Position numbers and translations under genes: made by a program. The notes under the pieces are model-generated. The model was not told where the DNA came from. It was given only the letters and a program-made list of their open reading frames with translations, and searched no databases. Positions 8,560 to 20,000 of a DNA stretch of 20,000 nucleotides are shown here, piece by piece (the stretch's first letter is position 1; the number at the start of each line of letters is the position of its first letter). Source of the stretch: Jimgerdemannia flammicorona (lineage: Eukaryota); the NCBI GenBank assembly GCA_003990765.1, contig RBNJ01000011.1, positions 45,256 through 65,255 of the forward strand, given 5' to 3'.

Positions 8560-9587
8560 TATAATGTGCCTGACTCAATGGAGGTAAATTATAAGATTGG
8601 GAGTTGGTGTAGTTTGACTTGAGCCCCTAGTTACTTTATTAAAAGTAATAAAATATTCTTAGTATTTAGTGGTACATATAATAGTCAAAGCTGGATATCT
8701 GTGAGTAATTTGTGTATCAATTTCCTAATTGGGATAGTTCTCTGGGTATAGTAGTAATTTGTGTAAATGGGTTTCCTTCTTGGATCAATTTGAGAATTAG
8801 TAGAATTCATATATAGTATGATGATCTCCAAAAGTATATGATTTCTGGTATGATGATCTTAGCAGATCTTTTTATATAGATTTGATGAATAACTCAATTT
8901 GGTGTAGATTTACTGAAATAGTAGCTTACTGGGAATTATACTGGTAGTGGGTTCTTCAAATTGGGCTTACTGGGAACAATAACTCAGATATTACAGATTC
9001 TTCTTAACTGACAGCTTCAACTGGGAATATGAATAGCTGACAGCTTTGGAAAGAGTCTCTTGTCAAAGTTACATCAAAGACTAACTTTGTTTATATAACA
9101 GATCACTGTGAAGTTATATCAGAAACTGGCTTAAGTAAGGCAGCTTTCTTTTAGGCTTTCTGAGAATGTAAAGAATAACTTGGAAATGGCAGCAAAGTTC
9201 TTCCTTGAACTTTGATAGCAAACTTGGATTCTTTAGGCTTATCTGGTAAGTATATCAATAGTGTAGCTTATTTCTTAAGTAGCAGGTTCTTCAGGCTTAG
9301 TCTGGTAAGCATACTAATAATTTCAAAGGCAGCAAAGTTCTTCACTTAAACTTGGTAGCAAAATCAGCTTTATATTAGAAAGTGGACCAGAGTGGAGAAA
9401 TAAGCTCACAATCTCATAGTAGTGGCTATAGAGTTTCTTTTGAAGTATGGTAGGCAGACTTGTTTTTTACTTCAATTTCAGTTTATATAGTTGTAGTTAC
9501 TACAGATTACTATATTGCTAACTATAGATTGCTAACTATAGTACATAAGTATTCCTTGAGGGTACAGTGTATCTTAAGAGTATAATA
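8560..9587 (-). repeat. Gypsy LTR copy in reverse orientation, lacking its 5' ~170-190 bp
   Basis: Reverse complement homology to ~13530-14441 (e.g. 8560-8670 versus 14331-14441; aagaactttgct motif; ggaatacttat). Confidence 0.8.
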
Positions 9588-10011
9588 TAGTCCTCCAAAA
9601 TGAGTTGAATCAATTCGAATTGAATCAAATTGAGGGTTAAATGAGTCAAATCGAATTGGGGATTTTTCAATTCAAATCAATTCAAATCAAATCAAAAGTC
9701 AAATCAAATTGAGGGTCTGATTCAAACCCTAAATTTCAAAATGCAATAACTCAGCGTAAACCCATTCAAATCTAACATACTTTAGCTTGTTAGAATCACA
9801 TTAATACGGTGAATCTAACAAGCTAAAATACGTTAAATTTGGATGAGTTTTCGTCGAGTTATTACATTTTGAAAATTAAGATTTGAATCGAACTTCAAAT
9901 CAAATTGGACCTTTGATTTGATTCAAATCGAATTGAATTGGACCCTTGATTCGATCGAATTGAATCGAGTTTGGGCCAAATTCAATTTAATTCAATTTAT
10001 TGGGAGCACTA
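9588..10011. mobile_element. Palindromic non-autonomous TIR element (MITE/foldback, hAT-like TAGT termini), 424 bp
   Basis: Imperfect TIRs TAGTCCTCCAAAATGAGTTGAA / TTCAATTTATTGGGAGCACTA. Subterminal AATTG/AATCA/TTCAA pentamer arrays. Long central hairpin at ~9731-9877. Confidence 0.75.
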
Positions 10012-10499
10012 GACCAGGTTCTCCTTCCTCATCAAGAACCCCTGCCTCATCTGGCTATTAGCTATCACATTTCTTTTTTTTTTTCCTAATTCTCCATCAT
10101 ACTCTTATCAACAGTTACTCCCCTAGCCACAGCACCCCCAATATCTATGCCCACATCCCCACCTGAGTACCACTCTCCCTTCTGATACTAGTTTTGTCCT
10201 TCCCTTCAGCAGTACCAGCCCTAGTTCTAGCTGGCCATTCACTCACCTTTATCTTGTCTGCAAAGCTAGAGGGGCCAGACTCTCCCTCAGTTCCTCCTGA
10301 TACCAGTCCTTCTCCAGAGCCTTCTCTATCCTTCAACCCTCCAAAAGCCCCCATCTCCAGTCTATAACCTCTCCCCACATTCTGCCAGCCAAATACCCTG
10401 AGTCTACCTGATCCAGTACACTCATCAGAACTCTTGCTGGATGACATTTTTATAGTACCTTTTCTCTAAGTTGTATCGAAAACCATTACTTGAAGTTGG

Positions 10500-12800
10500 T
10501 ATAACATGAATTATATAGGAGAAAGGTATGATTACCTAAAGATATTTGAAAAGGAGTATATTTAAGAACTCTTGGACAATAGAGTCACCTGACCCTCTAC
10601 TAGTCCTTGGGCCAGTTCTATACTTATTGTATCAAAGAAAGGAGGATGAAGACTCTGTATAGATTACAGAAAACTCAATTCAGTAACTGAAAAGAATATC
10701 TATCCTTTGCTTAGAATTGATGACCTTTTGGACCAATTATAAGATACCAGATACTTCAGCAGTATAGACCTTTTGCAGGATTCTATAAGATCCCTATAGA
10801 CCCAAAAGACATTCAGAAGACAGTCTTTCTTGCTCTAGAAAAACTGTTTAAATACCTCTGAATACCCTTTGGACTTTGCAATATACCTCCCACCTTCTAG
10901 AAAATGATGAATTCAGTCTATATCTCTCTGATCCACTACTGCCTAATTGTATATATGGATAATTCAAACATCTATTCAGTAAATTTCAAGAAACATCTAT
11001 ACTATCTAGAAGAATTCTTTAAGCTCACTCACAAAAACCACCTAAGACTCAATACTAAGAAATGCTACTTTGGGAAACAGAAACTTGAATTCCTTAAATT
11101 TATAGTTTTGAAAGAAGAAATCCATACAGACCCAAAGAAAACTGAGAAGATCAACAATTGGCCAGTATCCAAGACTCCAAAGGAAATACTATACTTTCTA
11201 ATACTAGTATTCTTCTACAGAAGGTTTATTAAGGACTTTGCCTAAATTGCTATCCCAATTTGAATCTTTCTCAAGAAAGAAATATCTTATAAATAGACAG
11301 AATCACAAGAACTAGCCTTCAAAGAACTCAAGCACTACATAACTATAGCACCAATCCTTGTATACCCCAATCTACAGAAGCCATTCATCTTATATATAGA
11401 TACTTTCAAGAATAGCCTGAGAGTCATCTTAGCTCAAGAAGGATCTGATCAATAGTATCATGTGATAGCTTATATAAGTCAAGCTACCAATTAGTAGTAA
11501 ATAAATTATGGCAGCACTAAATTGGAATGTCTTGCAGTCATATGAGCAGTTACTCTGTTCAAGCATTACTTTATCAGAAAAAGATTCACTCTGATAACAG
11601 ATCATATAGCTATTCAACTATAAGAAACCTATCAGAATCCTAGCCTGCTGGATTCTTATCCTCTAGGATTACAAAATCACCATCATTTATAAAGCAGAGA
11701 AAGCTTACAATAATATTGATGTACTTTCTCATCAACTCTAATAAACCAGAAGAAAGGTGTCTCAAGGAACTATACTCTAAAGGAAGCTTCTCTAACCATC
11801 AAGATACAAGAAGACCTCATCTGAAAAGAACATCAGAAAGTCTATTAAGGACAGACAAATATAGAAGAAAAGCTATGAACAATATATCAACATTAGCTCA
11901 ATCTCAGAAGACAAGTCCAGGATATACTCAAGAAATATGATATCTATCAGAAGTACTAAGAAAGAAAGAACCACCAAGCACTATTATAACCAATTATACC
12001 ACTAGACAATATCTTTCAAAAATGAGTAGATATAATTGGACCTCTATCAGTACACTAAGAAGAAACAAGTATATTCTTATATTTGTAGAATATCTGACCA
12101 AGTGGCCTGAGGCTTTTTCTATAGAAATTACAGATGTCTTAACTATTGTAGACCTTCTCCATAGACTCACTCTCAGATATAAACTCTCAGAAGAACTTAT
12201 CTCTGACTGAGGTACAGAATTCATCAACAACATAATTATAAGTTATGCCTGAATTCACAAGATCTATCTCAAATAGACTATATCATATTACTCTTAGACC
12301 AATGGTATAATAGAAAAAATAAACTAAACTATAAAGAAAGAACTTGTCTAAGTCAATTCTACCAACTGAGATCTCTGCTTATCTGAGATCTTATGGGAAA
12401 TCTGGAACACCCCTGCTGCCTTTATCAAATAAAAGTCATTCAAAATGATATTTATCAAGAAAACTAGAACTGCTGACTATGAGAATCTCAGAGACCTCCT
12501 CAAGAAGGCAGAACTGTTACATAATCAAACATAAGTTCAGATTATCAAAGTTTAGGAAAGACAAAAGAAGTACTATGATCAAAAGTAAAAGGATTAGGAG
12601 ATCAAGATTATAGATCAAGTACTAGTTTGGAAAAGTATAATTGAAACAAATTTTGCTGCCAAACAAGAGCCCAAATGAAAAAGATCTTATCTTATATACA
12701 ATATCAGAGGAACTAGTATCTATTTAAGAAGTATAAATAGACAAACTCTCAGGACACCAGTACACATCAATTACCTCAAGATATATATCTCTCTCTACTA
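10500..12800 (+). pseudogene. Decayed Ty3/Gypsy pol (RT - RNase H - integrase)
   Basis: [27 protein letters not shown] (from 10602), [24 protein letters not shown]. RNase H: PFILYID, NYGSTKLECLAV, FTLITDH. Integrase: NKYILIFVEYLTKWPEAF, LISD*GTEF, TNGIIE, VHINYLK. Many stops and frameshifts. Confidence 0.92.
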
Positions 12801-13352
12801 TAAACTAGACAATTGACCAGTATCTCCAGACCCTTATCCTGAGTTCATTCTAATCTCTCTCAGTTCTCCTTCTACAATTCTGATAAGTCAATGGAAACCC
12901 CCTCCAGCAAATCCAGATTCATCAGAAGAATCTCATCCTGATCAGATATTTACTGCAAGTCTACCAGCTACAGGTCTACTATATAATTAGAGAACAATTG
13001 CAGAACCTTCTAGCAGCAGACCTAACCTACATCAGGAACTCCACTGGCTTCACTCAGAAAAACAACATTGCTGTAGACAGATTGTATATAATCTATAAAC
13101 AAAACATTCTAGCACTGATATAGGCCCAATTCTCTCTAAATGATATACAAAATATGAATTCCACTACCTACTAAAGTATCATCAACTATATTGAGATCCT
13201 GTTCTCAGAGAAAGAAGAAGAATCTGTCAAGTGGAGTAACTCTGATCTAAATGAAGATACTGGTTCAGATATTGATGCTGAAGATACTTATGTATATTAA
13301 AATAATGACTAAAGTATAGTCTGAGAATAGACTATCTTTTAGTGGAAGTTGA

Positions 13353-14441
13353 TATAATGAGTAACAGAATTGTACTGCCAAAAATTATAAATTAGCTATA
13401 TATCATATTTAGTATACTAAGCAACTAAGACTGCTTTACTATGTTAACTTATATAATTAGCCAGAGATATCAGAAACAGTATGTTTATCTATACCAAGTA
13501 GATATGTATACTATACTAAGTGGGTATACTATACTGAGTGGATATACTATATCATCTAGGAATACTTATTATAGATAGTAATCTATAGTTAGCAATATAG
13601 TAACTAGATAGCAACCAGAACTATATAAAATATTCCAGAGACAAGAGTGAATAAACTTTAGTCTGAAAAGTTGAAGTAAACTAAAAAAAACCTTTAAAGA
13701 TTGATTGATATACTTGCTAGATAAGTCTAAAGAAATCTGTCAAGTTCAAGAAAGAACTTTGCTATCTTTTGAAGAATTTACTATTTAAGGAAAAGCTATT
13801 ATTGTTAAGGAAGTCTGCTATATTTTATCCACTATCTGGCCACAAAGTCTGTCTGTTAACACAACTTTACAGTAAACTCATTTGCATAAATAAAGTCAGT
13901 CTTTAATATAACTTTACTAAGAAGAAGAAAATCTGAGTTATTATTCAAGAATCCAACTGATTCAGGAAGAATTCATACTATCTAAGTTATCTACCATTCT
14001 TAGAAGAACTGCTAAGTTATTATTCTCAGTAAGTCTGATTCAGACCAAAACTAAGTTATCTACCAAATCAAGTTATCTACCAGAAATTACATACTTTTGG
14101 TAATTACTACCACTTAAGGAGAAAACTACTAAATTGCCAGATTATCATACATAAGGAACTCACTGTACTACATAGAGATCATTATGCTATATAAGATATT
14201 GTCATGCTGAAATTACATATTTTGGAGAATACTTATATTATATATAAAATTACTGCTATATCTAGAGAACTATCTCAATAAGGAAATTGATATACAAATT
14301 GACTGCTGTATTCAGATTAACTATTATATTACTAAATACTAAGAATATTTTATTACTTTTGACAAAGTAACTAGAGGCTCAAGCTAAACTACATTAACCC
14401 TCAACCTTATAATTTGTCTCCATTGAGCCAGGTATATTACA
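13353..14441 (+). repeat. 3' LTR of the Gypsy element (~1.09 kb)
   Basis: Follows a purine-rich tract (agtggaagttga, 13341-13352). Begins TATAAT (probably decayed TGTAA..) and ends ..ATTACA. Two further copies are in the window. Confidence 0.75.
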
Positions 14442-15685
14442 ATATAATATATATTTTCTAATTAGAGAAGATTATTTTTATAACTATTTAAATAAATTAT
14501 ATAATTGATATAATTATCTGCAAAATTATATAATAGTATTTAGGGTCTGAAAGAAATATATGTATTAGTAAAATATAATAAAAAGATCTCATAGTCAAAA
14601 CTATTTTTCTACTAAGATATCTATTATAAAATTATATATATATATATATTAGTCAATATAGAGTATTATATTATATTTAAAATATAAATATATATATATA
14701 GTAATATATAGCTATACCTTAGTAGTAATGATATATATTTATTATTCTAATATTTGATATCTAGAGTGATCTAGCAGCTAATATTTCTAGATATACTAGA
14801 ATAGAATCAATTACTTATAATTGAATATCTTTGTTCATTGAGTCTAGAATTGTAATAAATAGTCTATTCCTTATATTGTAATCAGATATAGGCAAATTTG
14901 TCTATAAAAAATTTAATTTAAAATTTTTAAATTTTTTTTTTTAATATAATATATTTTTTTTTATTATTATTAAATATATAAATAATAGAGGAAAATGTTA
15001 TATTGAGATATAATACTGATATGGTAGATATAAAGATCAGCAGTAAGAGTCAAGTAGATAGAAATAAAAAAGCTTATATAAAATTTTATAATAGAGTAAG
15101 AAAGTAGAATAAAGTATTTTCTGAAGCAAGATATAATTGATCTGTAACCCACTATTGACACCACAGTCTGTGATAGTCTTTATTCAAATTTGATAATAAG
15201 GTTTGATTATAAGAAACATAGATCTAATCTCAGAATTCTGGAATCAGAATAGTGTATAAGTTCCTAAATCATTACTCAATCCAAACAAAAGTCTGAATTG
15301 GTCAATATTAATCTATGCATGTGACAGATCATTAAAAACTCAATATAGAAATGATCAGAAAAAGGTACTAGTTATGTGATCAAATATTATATATATATAA
15401 ATAATACCAAAAACAGAACTAGACCAATGATAGTTATGTAATTGTCACTTATAGAGTTTAAAACCTAAAAATCATTAGCACCTAAAGATACAGGCATAAG
15501 GCCTAGAGTCTTATAACTAGAGCAGAGTAGAGTCTTGATACTGGAGCAAGTAAAGTAAGCAGAGATAGACAGGTATTATAGAGTATAGATATACAGGTGT
15601 CAGGCCTAGAGCCTCACATTGGAGGTTGTCTAGCAATTTTTTTGCATTTTTAAACATTGCACAGCATATATGGACAGTACAGTCT

Positions 15686-17713
15686 TCAAAGAGAACTTAG
15701 AGTAAAACTAGTATTTGAGATAGTATTAAGAACAGTAAAACCATTCTTTTAGATAATGATTGGTCATCAGATAGTTGCAGAGAAATCAAAATGAAGTAAA
15801 GTAGTATATAGAGTCTTGTCAGGCTATTGATATAGCCATTAGGCTGTATTATATTAGATAACAAGCAATAGAGAAGGAAAAGTGGAGTAGGGAATAGAGG
15901 GGTGGGAAATAAGGAGAGGGGTTAAAAGTAAAGTTCAAATCTCAAACTAGTCAATCAAACTCAATTGAGTGATTATAATATCAACAGGGTATCCTTTTCT
16001 GTAAACCAGGAATTTGGCTAGAGACTAATACTCATTAAGTTAATTATGGTAAAATGAGTAAAGTAGTAATAGGTGGTAGATCTCATTTACAATATATAGA
16101 TATAGTATCTTTCTAGGGTAATTGCTCAATCAGTTGACAAGCTGAGTACTTTATGAAAATTTGGTAAAATGACCTATGCAGAATGGTGTGACTCAGATTT
16201 TTAGGTCCAAGTAATGATACAGCCCAGCAGATAAGACTTTCTATTCAATATGATAGTATGGAGAGTATATAGCACTGAAGATCAAGATTAAGTCTATAAT
16301 TGTAGATGTAAAGATAATTAAGTCATTGATAAACCAGCTGAACTTTAGCCTAGCAGCTATGACTCAACTAAGTAGATAATTAGGTATTTGTAAGGTATAT
16401 AATTTATAAGTGAAACCAATGATATTAGTAAGATCTAAAGTATAATTGGTACCTATAGTAATGTCAGTAATGAGTGAAAGGAACTAATAGCAGATGTAAA
16501 TATCATATGAGTCATGACTATGTAAATAAGGCCTAGAATGGCTTCAAGCAGCAGAGAGCTAGAGAGAAATACTATGGTCAACAGAAAGATGAGATAGTTG
16601 ATGCACTCATCTAGTGTGATCCTGATATAGAATATAGCAAAATTCCCAGTAGTGATGAGACAGCAATCAGATACATCCAAGTAATCTAATTGAACTAATT
16701 GTAAAAGTTTGAGCATATTATACAGAGGTAAATATCATAAATAATCCACATTATAGTATAGATAGACTAACTACAAATAGAGAAAGTAAGATAGAAAATA
16801 TGAAATCTCAATTATAGGAGAGTTACATAAATACTCTAATGATAGAGTATCATACTATGTAAGCTCTTTTGTATACCTTGGGTAGAGTATAAAACACAGG
16901 TAGCTTATAATCATTAGGTTCTATAAGGTGATCCCAGATCAGCATACAACTTGAATTTCTGATACAGAACTCCAATAGACTCAATAGATCTAACCTCACT
17001 GATTCCTTAATATTATCAATTATAGAGAAATAATTCACATATACAGGATTGTGAAAGAGAGACTAAAGACCATCAAGATACAGAGTATATAAAATAATAA
17101 TAAACTTCAGATTTTTGTTAGTAAGATAAACAGTAAAGTCATCATAAGTATAGACATCTTTAAGAAGACATCAAAACTTCTTCAGTATAAGTATACTAGA
17201 TATATTTGTTATAGGTCAGATAGCTTGATTCAACATAGCACTAATATGATGTATAATTTGTATATTTTCTATATAGTATAGTAGTTACCATTTAGATGAT
17301 ACCCAGGTAGAGATCTCTGAAATATCATCAGAATTACCTATAGAGGTCTAGAAGATGACAAGGTCAAGACACTGTTGGAATGACAATAATAAAATTAGAT
17401 TGATGGTACTATTCATCAATATCAACTCAGAGAGAATAAACTTTGAGCCAAAGTTCAGCATATACATGAGCTTGGGGATAAGCTAAGATAGAGGTATATT
17501 AGTAACAAAGCTCTCCTCAGTAAACATCTAAAACTGAGGAATGAAAAACTGACTTAAGTGGGAGCTGAGAAGAGTAGATACATATAAAGACAAAATCCTG
17601 AATTGGTATCAAGACTGCTACTCTATATAGAATGGGGACATTGGGGCCAAACCATGCTAATATAAGACATCCAGGCTGGGGATCTCTATTTTTTTGAAGC
17701 TAGAGGATAGATA
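15686..17713 (-). pseudogene. Decayed PLE reverse transcriptase
   Basis: Remnants KLPVFYTLPKVYK and TGNFAIFYIRITLDEC. YIDD has decayed to FIND at ~16323-16334. Confidence 0.88.
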
Positions 17714-18844
17714 TTATCAGCATTATACTAGATGATATAATATTTAGTAGCAGTATATTTATTGTATTGTGGTACAAATACCCTAGTGGTGCTCTTAGAT
17801 GAGTAGCTCAAAGTTGATGAGTAGCTGGTTCTAGTAAAAGTAGAAAAAACAGATAGGAAAAGAGAAGTTCTTTATACTCTCTTGGTCTCTTTTATAGAAC
17901 CCACTGACTTAGTAGGGGCTAGGGGGCAAGGATCTCAATGGATCTTTATAGACATACTAAGGCATCCAGAACAGTTGTAGCAGTTCAGTATAGTAGAGGC
18001 TAAAGTTATACACACCACCTTTATCTTTTCTATAGCCTTTGCAGATATGGCAGTCAAGAGTTGGATATTGAAGATACTCTTTTTCAGCTAAGTGGAATCA
18101 GTAGCAGTAGAAGCAAATGTACATTTGGTACCTAGAGTAACAATCTCAAAATACTTCCCAAGCTTTCAACTAGGACTTTATGGGTAATAGTGGTAATCTC
18201 TTTTTGAAGAGATGAAGATGTAGAGACTGTTGAGTAGACTACAGCAGTAGCAGCTTTAGCAGTAGTGATAGTAGCAAGATAGTGAGATTGATACATAATA
18301 ATATCAAAATTATGAAACAGAAACAAGTTTGTCTTGATTCAGTCAGTGGCAGTGAGGGTGATAATATTCTTACTAGCCTTTTGGGCAGTATTAGTAGGAA
18401 GCCCAAAAAAGGTGAGTGCTTCTAAGATACTTCTATGACTTTGTCAATTTTAGCATACTGGTCCTTAGCATGCTGAGCAGTAGTATTATTATCAGTTGTG
18501 GCAGTCTTGATTGTAGCTTTGGCATGGCACTTGATTTCTATAGATGCAGTAGTAAGGGTGGCATCATACTATTTCTCTGGAAGGAGGGCAATTATAGTAG
18601 CAATCTTCTTAGAAGGGGTAAACTTTCAATTAGCAAGTTGGGCCTACAGAAAGTCAGCATGGTACTCATATGTGATAGTCACTTTAAGGGCATGAAGTAC
18701 TCTAGTATAAGTAGCATAGAAGATAGTGGGGACCTCAATGGAAGAGATAGCCAAATAGATAGCCAGATTATCAAATTTCATCAAATTAGTAAAAGAAGTG
18801 ATGGGGACAGCAGTATTGCCATCTACATTCATGTTATCTATTAT
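17686..18844 (-). pseudogene. Decayed PLE ORF1
   Basis: Remnants MNVDGNTAVPITSFTNL..FDNLAIY and LFLFHNFDII; the start ATG is mutated to ATA. Confidence 0.85.
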
Positions 18845-19873
18845 GTTGTATATTATTAAATATGTAAATAATAGAGAAAAATGTTATATTGAGATATGAT
18901 ACTGATATAGTAGATATGAAGGTTGGTAGTAAGAGTTAAGCAGATGGAAACAAAAAAGCTTATGTGAAATTTTATGACAAAGCAAGAAAGCAGAATAAAG
19001 TATTTTCTGAAATAAGATACAATTGATCTATAACCCACTATTGGCACCACAGTCTGTAATAGTCTTTATTCAAATTTAATAATAAAGTTTGATTATAAGA
19101 AATACAGATCTAAACTCAGAATTCTGAAATCAGAATAGTGTATAAGTTCTCAGACCATTACTCAATCCAAACAAAAGTCTGAATCAGTCAATGTTGATTT
19201 ATACACATAACAGGCCATTAAAAATCCAATATAGAAATAATTGGAAAAAGGTACTAGTTATATGTATGATCAAATGTTACACATATATAAACAATACCAA
19301 AAATAGAACTAGACCAATAATAGTTATGTGTAAGTATGTAATTATCACTTATAGGTTTTAAAACCTAAAAATCATCAGTACTCAAAGGTGCAGATATCAG
19401 GCCTAGAGTCTTACAACCAGAGCAGAGTAGTATCTTAGCACTAGAGCAAGTAAAGCAAGTAGAGGTAGATAGGTATCACAGAGTATAAATATGTAGGTAT
19501 TAGACCTAAAGCCTTACACTGAAGGTTGTCTGGCAATTTTTAGAGTTTAAAACCTATAAGTGATAATCATATACTTATATATGACTATCATTGATCTAGT
19601 TTCATTTTTGATATTATTTATATATATATGTATAATATTTGATCACATGACTGGTACCTTTTCCTGATCATTTCTATATCAGATTTTTAATGGCCTATTA
19701 TGTGCATAGATTGACATTGATCAATTCAGACTTTTGTTTGAATTGGGTAATAGTCTAGAAACTCATATACTATTTCAATTCTGGAATTCTAGAGTTAAAT
19801 TCATATTTCTTGTAATCAAATCTTATTATCAAATTTGAATAAAGACTATTACAGACTATGGTGATAGCAGGTT

Positions 19874-20000
19874 TGTAAGAGGGTTGCTTTTTAGGGTAAC
19901 CGTTACGTAGTTCTGGAAGGGTTTTCTGGAAGTTCTGGATATTCTGGAAGACCGTTTTCCTATGGTCAAGATCAATTTCGTATGGAGTACGTCCTCTACG
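19874..20000. mobile_element. Start of a younger insertion, probably an LTR (TGTAAG...)
   Basis: PLE homology stops at ~19873. The sequence then begins TGTAAGAGG, retains CpGs and has repeated TTCTGGAA motifs. Confidence 0.5.

Larger units (their letters stand above)
14954..19873 (-). mobile_element. Old, heavily C-to-T mutated PLE of a related subfamily: tail - 3' pLTR (14965-15655) - RT - ORF1 - 5' pLTR (18851-19553) - inverted pLTR arm (19545-19873)
   Basis: Colinear reverse-complement homology to 2488-7093 throughout. pLTR offset 3886 at the 3' end. T9 run at 14954-14962. Almost no CpG left. Confidence 0.9.

Noticed and set aside
9600-9995. Short periodic repeats resembling a CRISPR array or satellite
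   Set aside because: There is no repeat-spacer structure; these are pentameric subterminal repeats of a palindromic MITE.
8560-14441. Gypsy pol apparently flanked by ~1-kb inverted terminal repeats (a DIRS-like or novel inverted-LTR element)
   Set aside because: The pol has a DDE integrase and a normal purine tract plus 3' LTR. The left repeat is a truncated, separately oriented LTR copy cut off by a MITE, and a third copy lies at 7145-7660.
14442-14953. Very AT-rich stretch with (TA)n runs
   Set aside because: No assignable coding or structural signal; probably decayed repeat DNA.
19891-19896. TTAGGG as a telomeric repeat linked to the PLE
   Set aside because: A single hexamer inside the LTR-like insertion, not at a PLE terminus.

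Overview
This window is a eukaryotic transposon cluster, probably fungal (host not determinable), with no recognisable host gene. The main system is an endonuclease-less Penelope-like retroelement (PLE) with a unit length of 3898 bp. It carries an Ala-rich ORF1 with two CCHC motifs, an overlapping -1 frame PLE reverse transcriptase ORF behind a candidate slippery site and hairpin, ~700-bp direct terminal repeats (pLTRs) and an oligo(A) tail. The young copy (2488-7093, +) is fused head-to-head to an inverted copy (1-2497, running off the window) around a 180-nt spacer. An older, diverged, heavily C-to-T mutated copy (14954-19873, -) has the same inversion junction and the same 180-nt spacer, which suggests a sequence-programmed fold-back step. 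Between the two PLEs lie a decayed Ty3/Gypsy element (pol remnant plus three LTR copies) and a palindromic hAT-like MITE. A young LTR-like sequence starts at the right edge.
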